NCBI GenBank assembly: GCA_039630085.1
Contig: JBCNVM010000001.1
Span: 202,037 to 266,036, forward strand
Direction of reading: 5' to 3'
From: Candidatus Caldarchaeales archaeon
GTDB lineage: Archaea > Thermoproteota > Nitrososphaeria_A > Caldarchaeales > Calditenuaceae
Length of the DNA: 64,000 nucleotides
Positions 1 through 9,043 of this stretch are shown here, piece by piece (within the stretch, counting starts at the first letter, position 1; each line of letters begins with the position of its first letter). Under the pieces are notes generated by a model. The model had not been told where the DNA came from and did not search any database. It saw only the letters and a list, made by a program, of their open reading frames with translations. A program made the position numbers and the translations under genes.

Positions 1-455
1 GCCAGCAGCCCGTTCCCACCGGAGGGCTCGCGTACTACGTGATGGGCCCGACGTCTTACACCGACGCAGTCGCCGACCCGGTCAGGTCGGTCGCCTTCGT
101 GCTGCTGATGGTCGGGACCTGCGTCGCGCTCGGCAAGTTTTGGATCTCGGTCGCGGGCCTCTCGCCGGAGAAGATCGCGGAGCAGCTGATCAGCTCCGGG
201 ATGCAGGTGCCAGGTTTCAGGAGGGCGCCGACCGTCGTCGCCGCGATCATCAGGAGGTACATCGACGTCGTCACGATCATCGGGTCGGTCATCGTCGGGC
301 TCCTGGCGAGCGCCGCGGGCTACGTCAACGCCTTCGGGACCGGGACCGGCCTCCTGCTGATGATCGGGATCCTCTACCAGTACTACACGCTGCTGCTGAG
401 GGAGAGGATCGTCGAGATGTACCCGGCCATCTCGAGGGTCCTCGGTGAGGCGTGA
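1..455 (+). CDS. secY: Protein translocase subunit SecY, C-terminal fragment (gene starts upstream of the window)
   Basis: The frame is open from nt 1. C-terminal membrane segments carry GMQVPGFRRAP and GTGTGLLLMIGILYQYY, typical of archaeal SecY/Sec61-alpha. A DUF106 gene follows, as at the end of the archaeal ribosomal-protein supercluster. Confidence 0.85.
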   Translation, partial: QQPVPTGGLAYYVMGPTSYTDAVADPVRSVAFVLLMVGTCVALGKFWISVAGLSPEKIAEQLISSGMQVPGFRRAPTVVAAIIRRYIDVVTIIGSVIVGLLASAAGYVNAFGTGTGLLLMIGILYQYYTLLLRERIVEMYPAISRVLGEA

Positions 456-943
456 TGCCCCTCACGGTCCAGGCGGTCGAGATCGCGCTCCTCTCGCTCG
501 GGCTCTCGCTGGCCTCCTCGCTCCTCAGGAGGTTCACCTTCTCCAAGGAGGACATGATGCTGATGGCCGAGGCACAGAGGTTCCAGAGGGAGATGCTGAG
601 GGCGGTTAGGGAGAGGGACTCGAAGGCCCTGAGCAGGCTCGAGAAGCAGAAGGACTACTACCAGAGAGTCCAAGGTCGGCTGATGGGGAAGAACCTGGCG
701 CTGATGCTCGCGTCGATGGCGCTCTACCTTGGGTTCTTCAGCTGGGCCGCGGGCCACTACGGCGAGGCCAGAGTCCTGAGGGTCCCCGAGGGCTTCGCGA
801 TCCCCCTGCTCACCGTCGACGGCGGCATGACCTGGTTCGGTTGGTACCTCTTGACGGCCCTTGCCTTCGGCACCATGCTCAACAGGGTCATCAATCCTAT
901 GCCGGTCGTGGAGCAGCGCCCTCCGGCCAAGAGGCCCGACTGA
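452..943 (+). CDS. DUF106 / EMC3-TMCO1-like membrane protein (YidC/Oxa1-related archaeal insertase candidate)
   Basis: 163 aa. TM segments flank a charged coiled segment (AEAQRFQREMLRAVRERDSKALSRLEKQKDYYQRVQ). GTG452/ATG455 overlap the secY stop. Position after secY is conserved. Confidence 0.7.
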   Translation: MMPLTVQAVEIALLSLGLSLASSLLRRFTFSKEDMMLMAEAQRFQREMLRAVRERDSKALSRLEKQKDYYQRVQGRLMGKNLALMLASMALYLGFFSWAAGHYGEARVLRVPEGFAIPLLTVDGGMTWFGWYLLTALAFGTMLNRVINPMPVVEQRPPAKRPD

Positions 944-1000
944 CCGGTCCTCCGGGGCTGCGGTTAGACTTATCAGGCGTCGTTCTCCCCGGTCACGGCA

Positions 1001-2227
1001 TTGGAGTCGCTCGAGGCCGAGATAAGGCGGAACTCCAGGATACTGATGGCGCACCAAGCGATAACTGCCCTCGCGATCCAGTCGGTGGTCTCGCTGGGCC
1101 CGCTCGCGATGTTCGAGATGACCCGGTCGCCGGTCCTCTCCGGTCTGGTCTCCGCGATCACCTGGGGAGGGAGGCTCTCGGTGGTCGTCCAGTCGGGCGT
1201 CCTGATGGACAGGCTCGGCAGGAGGAAGGTGCTCGCGGCCGGGACGCTTCCCGCGTTCCTCGGGACGCTGGCCGTCTCCTGGGCCGCGCTCGCCGGCGAC
1301 CCGGTGCTGATGGTCCTAGGCCTAGGGGCCTTCGGCGTCGGAGCAGGAATAGCGATGCAGAACAGGGTCGCGATGGCCGACATGTTCCCGCCACGTCGCA
1401 GGTCCTACGCGGTAGGAGTGCTATACACTGCCAGCGTCGTCGGCAGCCTGGCGGCTCCGGCAATCACGTGGGCCGGGGAGTCCCTCGAGGGAGTGACCTC
1501 GTTGAGGCCCTACGTCTTCGTCTGGCTGGCCTGCGGGGCCCTAGTCCTCCTCTGCCTCCCGCTCGTCCTCGGCATGAGGGTCGACCCGAAGGAGATAGCC
1601 CGGACGGTCGAGGACGGACGCGGCGACTCCGGAGTACCGAACGGCGGTTCGTTGGAGGGCCCGGTTCACGTGTCGCCGCTGGTCGCGGTCTTCATCTCCT
1701 CCGCCGCCTCGCAGGGCAACATGGTCATGATGATGGGCCTCTCCTCTCTGTACCTCTTCGACCTCGGCTACTCCCAGACGCTGGTCTCCCTGGCCGTGAC
1801 CGTGCACGTAATCGGAATGTTCGGCTTCTCGACGCTGCTCGGCCGACTCTCGGACTCCGTGGGCAGGAGACCGGTCTTGGCTGCGGGGCTAGTCGTCTCG
1901 GGGCTCGGCTCGCTCGCGATCCCCCTCACGGCGGACCACCTGGTCGTGGACCTGGGAATGTTCCTCATCGGGCTGGGATGGAGCGCGGTCGTCGTCTCCT
2001 CGACGGCGCTGATACCGGAGCTGGTCCCGTTGGGCGTGAGGGGCAGGTACTTCGGCCTGAACGACGTCGTCATGGGTTTCAGCTCGCTCGCGCTGCCCCT
2101 TCTCGGCGGCGCGGTGGTCACCTCCCAAGGCTTCCTCCAGCTCGGGCTTCTGGGACTGGCCGCGTCCCTCGCGCCGCTGCCGCTGCTCTCGCAGAGGGCG
2201 GGGCTCTTCAGGGACATCCGCAAGTAA
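1001..2227 (+). CDS. MFS transporter
   Basis: 408 aa, about 12 hydrophobic segments. MFS motif-A-like GVLMDRLGRRKVL lies after TM2, and a second half-repeat carries LLGRLSDSVGRRPVL. Confidence 0.8.
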   Translation: MESLEAEIRRNSRILMAHQAITALAIQSVVSLGPLAMFEMTRSPVLSGLVSAITWGGRLSVVVQSGVLMDRLGRRKVLAAGTLPAFLGTLAVSWAALAGDPVLMVLGLGAFGVGAGIAMQNRVAMADMFPPRRRSYAVGVLYTASVVGSLAAPAITWAGESLEGVTSLRPYVFVWLACGALVLLCLPLVLGMRVDPKEIARTVEDGRGDSGVPNGGSLEGPVHVSPLVAVFISSAASQGNMVMMMGLSSLYLFDLGYSQTLVSLAVTVHVIGMFGFSTLLGRLSDSVGRRPVLAAGLVVSGLGSLAIPLTADHLVVDLGMFLIGLGWSAVVVSSTALIPELVPLGVRGRYFGLNDVVMGFSSLALPLLGGAVVTSQGFLQLGLLGLAASLAPLPLLSQRAGLFRDIRK

Positions 2228-2263
2228 ATTAGGCGGTCGTGTCCGACGGCAGCCCGAGGGAGG

Positions 2264-2551
2264 ATGCCGACGAGGGCTCTCCGGACGAGGTCGATCAGGA
2301 GGGTCAAGGTGAGGACGCCTGCGGGGAGGACCGCGGTCCACTACGAGCCGAAGAGGCCGAAACCGAGGAGGTGCGGGAGGTGCGGCAGGCCGATAGCCGG
2401 AGTCCCGCGGGACGACGTCAGGCCGATCCCGAAGTCCCAGAAGAGGGTGTCGAGGTACCACGGCGGCAACGTCTGCCACGAGTGCCTCGAGAGGAGGATC
2501 GAGGAGGCGGTCGCGGCGGAGTGGGGCCCGTCGGTCACCGGGTCGACCTGA
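2264..2551 (+). CDS. rpl34e: 50S ribosomal protein L34e (eL34)
   Basis: 95 aa basic protein: RSIRRVKVRTPAGRTAVHY...RCGRCGRPIAGVP...HGGNVCHECL. This is the zinc-ribbon pattern of eL34. Confidence 0.9.
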   Translation: MPTRALRTRSIRRVKVRTPAGRTAVHYEPKRPKPRRCGRCGRPIAGVPRDDVRPIPKSQKRVSRYHGGNVCHECLERRIEEAVAAEWGPSVTGST

Positions 2552-3116
2552 CGTAGGACCTGACCGCGGTCAGTGCGATCCTCAGCACGTCCTCCTTCGA
2601 GAGGTCGGTCGTGTCCAGGACCAAGTGGAAGGGCTCGAGGTCCTCCCCCCACCTTATCCCGTAGATCTCCCGGTAGAGCGTCCTGTTCCTCTCCTCCCTC
2701 TCCCTCAGCACCCTCAGCGCATCCTCGTAGGGCATCCTGCCCCTCCTCGCGAGCCTTTTGGCCCTCACCTCCAGCGACGCCTTCAGCCAGATCTTGTAGC
2801 CCTCGTCCATCAGCCAGGGCAGGACCCAGCTGTCGATGACCGCGGGCCGCTCCTCCGCGATCCTCATCAGCTCCTGGTCGACCATCCTGTCGAAATCGAA
2901 GTTCGCCTCCCTCTCCGCGAGGAACTTCATCCCCTCGGGAGTGTCCCACCACTTCCTCCCCTTCGCGTCGTAGCCCATCCTCCTCGCCAGCCTCATCAGC
3001 GCGTCCCCGCCCGAGTAGTACCTGACGCCGAGCCTCCTCGCGAGGGCCTTCCCGAGCGTGCTCTTCCCGGTAGCCGCCTGTCCGCTGATCAGGACGACCA
3101 CCTTCGCCCCCGCCAC
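2535..3116 (-). CDS. cmk: Archaeal-type cytidylate kinase (AAA-family nucleotide kinase)
   Basis: P-loop ISGQAATGKST. The central DSWVLPWL...KIWLKASLEVRAKRLARR and C-terminal RNRTLYREIYGI match archaeal Cmk. Its 3' end overlaps rpl34e by 17 nt (convergent). Confidence 0.75.
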   Translation of the reverse strand: MAGAKVVVLISGQAATGKSTLGKALARRLGVRYYSGGDALMRLARRMGYDAKGRKWWDTPEGMKFLAEREANFDFDRMVDQELMRIAEERPAVIDSWVLPWLMDEGYKIWLKASLEVRAKRLARRGRMPYEDALRVLREREERNRTLYREIYGIRWGEDLEPFHLVLDTTDLSKEDVLRIALTAVRSYVRSTR

Positions 3117-3137
3117 GCCGTCCGGTCCTCGAGCCTT

Positions 3138-4040
3138 CTAAAATGGGTCGCGGCCGGCCCTCTCTAGTATCGACTCGACCCCGGCCCTCAGCCTCGAGAG
3201 CTCCTCCTCCCTCAGCGGCCTCACCGGCTCCGGTGAGGGCCCCAGGTCGATCCCCCTGAGCCTGAGCGCGGACCTCTGCGTCTCCATCTCGAGCCCTATC
3301 GAGTCGAAGAGGCTCGAGGCCTCGTTGATCAGCTCCTGGAGCTCGAGGGCCCTCTCCGCGTCTCCCCGCCTCACCGCTCCGTGCAGCTCGACCGCGAGCT
3401 CCGGGAAGACCGACGAGAGCCCGCTGACGACGCACCTCGCGCCGATGGAGAACGCGAAGAGCATCAGCCTGTCGGCCCCGATCGCCACCATCTTCCTCCC
3501 CCTGAACCTCCTCACCAGGGAGACCGCGATCGCCGGGTCGCCGCTGCTGTCCTTGATCCCCTGGACGTTCGCGACATCCTCAAGGATGGAGGCCAGCGTC
3601 CCCGGCGCGACGGAGTAGCCCTGCCTCGAGGGTATGTTGTAGAGGAGCACCGGTATCCCCGAGAGCTCCGCGAGCCTCCTGTAGTACCTCGTCAGGGTCT
3701 CGGCGTCGGGCCTGTAGTAGAAGGGCGCGACCGCGGCCGCGGCGGAGGCGCCGATGTCGTTCGCGTGCCTGAGTAGCGCCACGACCGCGTCCATGTCGGA
3801 GGACCCCACGTGGACGACCGCGAGCTCTCCGGACCTGACAGACTCGACCGCCTTCTCCGCGACCCTCATCCGGTGCTCGACGCCGTGCCTCGGGCCCTCC
3901 CCCCACGTGCCCAAGACGAAGAAGCCCCTGACCCCGGCCCTCCTGAGGAAGTCGTAGTACTCCGGGAGCCTGTCGAGGTAGCCCCTCGACGGCGTCAGCG
4001 CCGCAGCTATCACGCCCTCGAAGGAGGCCAGACCGGCCAC
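3138..4040 (-). CDS. DapA-family class I aldolase (dihydrodipicolinate synthase or KD(P)G aldolase-like)
   Basis: 300 aa. GTWGEG (GTTGE-like) motif and Schiff-base lysine context VQGIKDSSGD. Substrate cannot be assigned from sequence alone. Confidence 0.75.
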   Translation of the reverse strand: MAGLASFEGVIAAALTPSRGYLDRLPEYYDFLRRAGVRGFFVLGTWGEGPRHGVEHRMRVAEKAVESVRSGELAVVHVGSSDMDAVVALLRHANDIGASAAAAVAPFYYRPDAETLTRYYRRLAELSGIPVLLYNIPSRQGYSVAPGTLASILEDVANVQGIKDSSGDPAIAVSLVRRFRGRKMVAIGADRLMLFAFSIGARCVVSGLSSVFPELAVELHGAVRRGDAERALELQELINEASSLFDSIGLEMETQRSALRLRGIDLGPSPEPVRPLREEELSRLRAGVESILERAGRDPF

Positions 4041-4100
4041 AGATGTCGGCCGCTGCCTGGCCCTATTTGTCTTTCCTGCGAGGCCCGAGCCCGTCGACCT

Positions 4101-4895
4101 TCAGAACGCCCTCCTCCTCAGGGACCTCTCGGTCAGAGCGAGCGCCAGCAGTCCCAGCGCGAGCAGCGAGGCGACGGAAGCAGAAGACGTCAGGGCGAGC
4201 TCCGCGTCGGTCAGCGGGAGGGATGCGGTCCCTACGACGGCCCTCCTGAGGGCCTCGAAGGGGTGGGCGAAGGGCGAGAGGATGACCGCGGACCTGAACC
4301 GGTCGGGGAAGAGCTCAGGTGGTATCATCCCGGAGGTCGCCGGGAGGACGAACTGGAGCGCGTTGATCACGACCCACGCGTGCCTCATCCTGAGGAAGAC
4401 CGAGCCGACCGTCATCGAGAGCGCCACTAGGGCCAAGTGGAGCGCGAGGAACGCCGCGAGGGTCCGGATCGGGTCGACCGCGGATGGAGGGAACCCCAGG
4501 AGCGACGACATCGCCGCGTAGGAGGCGGCCATCGCGGGAGCCGTGAAGAGCGCGGAGACCAATCCCCTGGAGACCATCATGACGGGGAGGCGGCCGTTGG
4601 AGAGGACGCAGGCGTGGAGCGTCCCCTCGTCCCTCGCCTGGACCAAGAAGCTGCCGACGTTCCAGAGGACCGTAGAGGCGACGACGAAGTAGCCCGCGCC
4701 GAGCGCCAAGGCCCTGGCCTGGGAGACGTCCGAGATCACGGAGGGCGAGTGGATCGCGAAGGTCAGCCCTATCCCGATCGCCCAGACTGGAGACGAGAGC
4801 ATCCCGACGAGCATCCACGTCGACCTCCTGTTGGTGATCGAGAAGGCCCAGAGGAAGGCCTTCAGCTCACTCGGTAACGACCTCGTACCTGCCAC
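4101..4895 (-). CDS. ABC-2 type transporter permease
   Basis: 264 aa, 6 hydrophobic segments. Overlaps the preceding permease gene and is last in the ATPase-permease-permease operon. Confidence 0.65.
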   Translation of the reverse strand: MAGTRSLPSELKAFLWAFSITNRRSTWMLVGMLSSPVWAIGIGLTFAIHSPSVISDVSQARALALGAGYFVVASTVLWNVGSFLVQARDEGTLHACVLSNGRLPVMMVSRGLVSALFTAPAMAASYAAMSSLLGFPPSAVDPIRTLAAFLALHLALVALSMTVGSVFLRMRHAWVVINALQFVLPATSGMIPPELFPDRFRSAVILSPFAHPFEALRRAVVGTASLPLTDAELALTSSASVASLLALGLLALALTERSLRRRAF

Positions 4896-5679
4896 CCCTC
4901 CTCACGCTCCGCTCGAGCCTGCTGTAAAGCACGTAGGAGAAGGCGCTGTAGGCCAGCACGACCGCCGCGAACGGCAACAGCCTCGAGGGCTCCATCATCC
5001 CCAAGAGGACCGCTCCCCTCACGACCTCCGCGACGTGGGTCTGGGGCAGCAGCGTCGCCAGTGCTTGGACGACCGCGGGGAACACGGTGAGCGGGTAGGC
5101 GACGCCGGTGAATGTGTAGACGATCGAGGAGACCAGGTCTATCAGGGCCTCGGTCCTCAGGAGGAGCACGACCACCGCGACCACCACCGCGAAGAGGAAG
5201 ATCGGGACCAGACCCAGGACCAGGACGAGCATCGCGGGGAGGAAGTGGGGGAGCGCGTCCGGCGCCCTGGCCTGAACGAACGGCACGGTGACCGCGACGT
5301 AGTAGAAGAGCGACATCAGTGTCGTGATGACGAACCTCCCCGCCACGACGACCCTGAAGTCCGTGGAGGTGGTCTGGAGCTGCTCGAGCTTCCCGCCCCT
5401 CCCCAGCTCTATCACGAACTGACCTATCGCCCAGCTCATCCCTATGCTCAGGAAGAGGATCGGCATCCCCGCGACCTGGTAGAGGACCGAGTCGCCGTAG
5501 CCTGCGAGCCGCGCGAACTCCTGCTCCTCCCTCCTCAGGGCCGACCCGATGACGAAGAAGAGCGCCTGGAAGGACCCCATGACCAGCAGCATCAGAGGGA
5601 GCTCTCCGGACCTGGCCATCGTCTTCAGGTCGGCCTCCACGACCGCGGCGAACGGCCTGAGCGCCCTAGCCGCCCGCAC
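4867..5679 (-). CDS. ABC-2 type transporter permease
   Basis: 270 aa polytopic protein. Its start overlaps the stop of the ABC ATPase gene. Confidence 0.65.
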   Translation of the reverse strand: MRAARALRPFAAVVEADLKTMARSGELPLMLLVMGSFQALFFVIGSALRREEQEFARLAGYGDSVLYQVAGMPILFLSIGMSWAIGQFVIELGRGGKLEQLQTTSTDFRVVVAGRFVITTLMSLFYYVAVTVPFVQARAPDALPHFLPAMLVLVLGLVPIFLFAVVVAVVVLLLRTEALIDLVSSIVYTFTGVAYPLTVFPAVVQALATLLPQTHVAEVVRGAVLLGMMEPSRLLPFAAVVLAYSAFSYVLYSRLERSVRRGGRYEVVTE

Positions 5680-6628
5680 CTCCCACCGCCCTCACGAAGG
5701 CCTCCTCCAAGGTCGGCTCCCTGACGGTCACGGAGCGCACCATGACCGACCTGCTCCTCAGCTCCGAGACGATCGTCGGTATCAGCTCGGCAGGGTCGGC
5801 GTCGACGGCGATCTTCAGCACCGAGTTCCCCCTCTCGCTGACCGAGGCCTCGGCATGCCAGGGAAGCCCCTCGAGGGCCAGATCCCCCTCCACCTCCAGC
5901 TCCACGTACCACTTCAGCCCGAAGGCCCTCTTCACCTCTGCCGGGGGACCGAGCGCGACCAGCCTCCCCCTGTTGATGACCGCGACCTCGTCGCAGACCT
6001 GTTCCACCTCCCAGAGGTTGTGTGATGTTACCAGCAGCGCCTTCCCCTCCCTCCCGAGCCTCCTCAGCATCGACCTCACCTCCCTCGCGGAGATCGGGTC
6101 GAGCCCGCTCGTGGGCTCGTCGAAGATCAGGACCTCCGGGTCGTGTATCAGGGCCCTGCAGATCGCGAGCCTCGCCCTCATGCCCTTCGAGAAGCCCTCG
6201 ACCAGTCTGTCCTCGGAGCCCTCGAGCCCCATCTCCCTCAGGAGCTTCAGGCCCCTCGACCTGGCCTCGGACCTCGGGAGGCCCTGGAGCATCCCGTAGA
6301 AGGTGAGGTTCTCGAGCGCGGTCAGCCTGAGGAAGTGGCCCCTGTCGGGGTCCAGGACCACTCCTATCCTCTCCCTCACCCTCCTCGGCTCCCTGATCGC
6401 GTCGTGCCCCGCGACCGTGACCTCGCCCTCGTCGGGGAGGACTAGCGTGCTGACTATCCTGACCGTCGTGGTCTTCCCGGCTCCGTTGGGCCCCAGCAGC
6501 CCGAAGACCCTGCCGTATCCGACCTCGAAGGAGAGGCCGTCCAGCGCCCTGACCTCCCTGTCCCTCCTAAGCAGCCCTCCCTCCCTGTAGGTCTTCACGA
6601 GCCCCCTCGCCGAGATCGCGACCTCCAT
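5666..6628 (-). CDS. ABC transporter ATP-binding protein (DrrA/CcmA-like exporter ATPase)
   Basis: Walker A GPNGAGKTT, signature FSKGMRARL, Walker B LIFDEPTSGLD. A C-terminal extension is typical of ABC-2 exporters. Confidence 0.9.
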   Translation of the reverse strand: MEVAISARGLVKTYREGGLLRRDREVRALDGLSFEVGYGRVFGLLGPNGAGKTTTVRIVSTLVLPDEGEVTVAGHDAIREPRRVRERIGVVLDPDRGHFLRLTALENLTFYGMLQGLPRSEARSRGLKLLREMGLEGSEDRLVEGFSKGMRARLAICRALIHDPEVLIFDEPTSGLDPISAREVRSMLRRLGREGKALLVTSHNLWEVEQVCDEVAVINRGRLVALGPPAEVKRAFGLKWYVELEVEGDLALEGLPWHAEASVSERGNSVLKIAVDADPAELIPTIVSELRSRSVMVRSVTVREPTLEEAFVRAVGGAGG

Positions 6629-6731
6629 CCGCGCTCGGTCGCTCCGCGGCGAATATCAACCCTCGGGAGTCCGGCAACCCTAGATAGTCGGCGCTCCAGA
6701 GCTCCGGCGCTTGGGGACGGAGGACCTGCTC

Positions 6732-7352
6732 ATGGCCCTGGGGATCGAGGAGGGCGTCGTCTACGAGTTCGTCTGCACGACCTTCTCCCCCGACGGCTCG
6801 CCTCACGCCTCCGCGATGGGCTGCACGTTCCTCAGGGACTCAGGAGGGCTCTCGACTGCCTCGAAGCTCTCGAGGGCCAGCAGGACCGCCGCGAACGTCC
6901 TCGCGAGGAGGTGCTTCGCCCTGAACGTCGTCCACCCGGAGGCCGTCGTGGAGGCCGCGCTGGACTTGGGCGTCCTAGAGATGGAGTTCGAGGCCGCCGA
7001 GTCGGTCGACGCCCCGAGGCTCAGGGGCGCCGCGGCCGTGATCGAGTGCTCCGTCGTCGATGTCTCCGAGGACAACGACTGGTTCCACGTCCGCTCCAGA
7101 CCTGTGCGCGTCTCGGTCCTGGGATCCCTGCTGAGGCCCTTCTCGAGGGGGCACGCGGCCCTGCTCGAGGCCGCGGTCCACGCCTCGAGGATACGGGTCT
7201 ACGAGGGGCTCGGCGAGCCGGAGAAGGCGGGGGAGCTGAGATCCAGGGTCTCCGCACTCCTGGAGAGCGCGGTGAGGCTGGCGCCCACGCCGACGGTCGT
7301 CGCCCAGAGCAGGGCCATCAGGTCGAGGTACCTCCGGATCCAAGGGCCCTGA
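6732..7352 (+). CDS. DUF447 family protein (FMN-binding split-barrel-like, linked in the literature to H4MPT-type C1 or pterin gene clusters)
   Basis: N-terminus GIEEGVVYEFVCTT and C-terminal SRGHAALLEAAVHASRI resemble DUF447 proteins as I recall them. ATG6732 is preferred over the TTG6711 of the ORF track. Confidence 0.55.
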   Translation: MALGIEEGVVYEFVCTTFSPDGSPHASAMGCTFLRDSGGLSTASKLSRASRTAANVLARRCFALNVVHPEAVVEAALDLGVLEMEFEAAESVDAPRLRGAAAVIECSVVDVSEDNDWFHVRSRPVRVSVLGSLLRPFSRGHAALLEAAVHASRIRVYEGLGEPEKAGELRSRVSALLESAVRLAPTPTVVAQSRAIRSRYLRIQGP

Positions 7353-7399
7353 CGCGGTCTCGGGATATGCACAAATAGCTTCCGGGGCGTCGAGCGTCC

Positions 7400-8182
7400 G
7401 TGGTGACTCTGGCTGAACTGCTCCCGCGGTGCGGTCTCGTCGTCCGCGGACCTGCGGCCCGTTCGCTCGAGGGGTTCGAGGTCCCCGTGGGCTTCGTCGG
7501 GCCTCCCGAGTCGGACTTGGTCGTCCCCGGCGATCTCAGGGAACCGGCGCTCTACCTCATCGGCCGTCAGGCGCTGGTCGAGTCCCACGAGGTCGTCCTC
7601 GCGCTGGGCCTGGGGCTGAGGGAGCTCGCGGAGCTGGACGCCCGGCACGCGGCGGTGCTGGTCCGCTTCGTCGGTCCCGAGGGCCTCGAAGCTCAGGTCG
7701 GAGGGCTCGGAGGCCCCTGGCAGGTCGAGGGCGGAGCGGCTTCGGCCGTTCTACTCGCCTTCGCGAAGCTCGCGTCCCTTATGTGCTCCGAGGTCCTGAG
7801 CGAGTCGGGGGTGAGGTCCGAGGCCCTGAGCAGGGTCGCGAGGGAGGAGTCGGAGTCGATCGAGGCCCTCATCGGGTCCGTCGGCAGGTCGCTGGTCGGG
7901 TCCGCCCAAGCCGGACTCTTCGGCGCGCTGCAGGGCCTGAGGCCGCTTCTCGAGCGGTGGTTCCTGGTCGAGGGGGAGGCGAACAGGGCCGCTTCTGTCC
8001 TGCTGGGAGGCGGGACTTCCGAGGACTCCGTCGAGCTCGGGTCGGGAAGGCTCGCCTCGATCCAGGAGGAGTTCCACCTGAGGAGGGTCAACGCGCTCCG
8101 GTCGATGGGCCTGGACCTGCTCGAGGCCCAGAAAATCGCCGAGCTGCCCGGGGGCACCGTCAAGCCGGGCTGGGGGTGCTGA
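7400..8182 (+). CDS. Hypothetical protein
   Basis: Of three overlapping long ORFs, only this frame has protein-like composition (L/E/V/A/G/S) and strong GC3 bias. The other two are Arg/Pro-rich or Ser/Pro/Thr-rich shadows. No motif recognised. Confidence 0.4.
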   Translation: MVTLAELLPRCGLVVRGPAARSLEGFEVPVGFVGPPESDLVVPGDLREPALYLIGRQALVESHEVVLALGLGLRELAELDARHAAVLVRFVGPEGLEAQVGGLGGPWQVEGGAASAVLLAFAKLASLMCSEVLSESGVRSEALSRVAREESESIEALIGSVGRSLVGSAQAGLFGALQGLRPLLERWFLVEGEANRAASVLLGGGTSEDSVELGSGRLASIQEEFHLRRVNALRSMGLDLLEAQKIAELPGGTVKPGWGC

Positions 8183-8233
8183 TCCCGGGACGTCGCGGAG
8201 CAGATTAATCTGGGCGCGATCGCTCTCCGGAGC

Positions 8234-8986
8234 GTGTCAGTCCAGCAGGACCCGAAGGAAGTCGCCGACCATCTGATCGTGACCATCGCCGATCGCATCG
8301 CCGACGGGTTCAAGGTCGTCACCGGGCTCAACTCCCACGTCCCGCTCCTCGCGATCGCGGTCGCGAAGGTCGTCCACGGGAAGAGGGTAAGCCTCTACAC
8401 GGTCGCGGAGGCCTACGACCCGGACCTCGAGAGGGTCAAGCTAAGGCCCTCGACGGGCGATCCGGCGCTCGCGGAGGACGCGACAGTCATCCCGATGGTC
8501 GAGACCTTCGACCTCGTCCAGAAGGGCCTGATCGACGTGATGTTCCTCGGGCCTGTCCAGATCGACGCGGAGACCAACATCAACCTCTCGGTGATAGGGA
8601 GCTACCGGCGCCCGAAGGTCAGGCTCCCGGGCGGTGCGGCTTCGGCGTTCATCGTGCCGCTCGTCAAGAGGGTTTACTTCTGGAGAACGAGGCACACGTC
8701 GAGGGACCTCGTCAGGCGGGTCGACTTCGTCACCGCGACCGCGAAGCACTCCGACAACGAGGTCTACCTCTTCACCAACCTCTGCGTCCTCAGGTACAAC
8801 AGGGAGAGGTCGATGTGGGAGCTGGAGGCCCGTCACCCCTGGGCCGGGAGGGACCTCATAGCCTCGAACACCGGCTTCGAGCTCCTCGTCCAAGACGACC
8901 GCGTCACGAGACCGCCCTCCCGGGAGGAGAGGGAGCTGATCAGGGCCCTCGACCCGAACGACCTGCGGGTGAAGGCCTTCCTCTGA
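8234..8986 (+). CDS. CoA-transferase beta-subunit-like protein (GctB / 3-oxoacid CoA-transferase B family)
   Basis: 250 aa. FLGPVQIDAETNINLSVIGSYRRPKVRLPGGAASAFIV and VDFVTA...FTNLCVL...NTGFEL match the family I beta-subunit pattern. No alpha-subunit gene is recognisable nearby. Confidence 0.6.
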   Translation: MSVQQDPKEVADHLIVTIADRIADGFKVVTGLNSHVPLLAIAVAKVVHGKRVSLYTVAEAYDPDLERVKLRPSTGDPALAEDATVIPMVETFDLVQKGLIDVMFLGPVQIDAETNINLSVIGSYRRPKVRLPGGAASAFIVPLVKRVYFWRTRHTSRDLVRRVDFVTATAKHSDNEVYLFTNLCVLRYNRERSMWELEARHPWAGRDLIASNTGFELLVQDDRVTRPPSREERELIRALDPNDLRVKAFL

Positions 8987-9043
8987 CCGAGGATCGCCGT
9001 TTCGCGCAAAGGCTTTAGGCGGCTGGCTGACGTCTTTCGCCCG

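Noticed and set aside
841-2232. 463-aa plus-strand ORF overlapping the MFS transporter gene
   Set aside because: Arg/Gly/Pro-rich, low-complexity translation typical of an out-of-frame reading of GC-rich coding DNA. The 1001..2227 frame gives a clean 12-TM MFS protein.
2341-3435. 364-aa minus-strand ORF spanning rpl34e, cmk and the aldolase gene
   Set aside because: Arg/Gly/Glu-rich shadow frame that crosses three independently supported genes on both strands.
7429-8331. Alternative long ORFs 7429..8208 (+) and 7693..8331 (-) over the 7400..8182 gene
   Set aside because: Compositions are Arg/Pro/Gly-rich and Ser/Pro/Thr-rich respectively. Only the 7400 frame has protein-like composition and GC3 bias.
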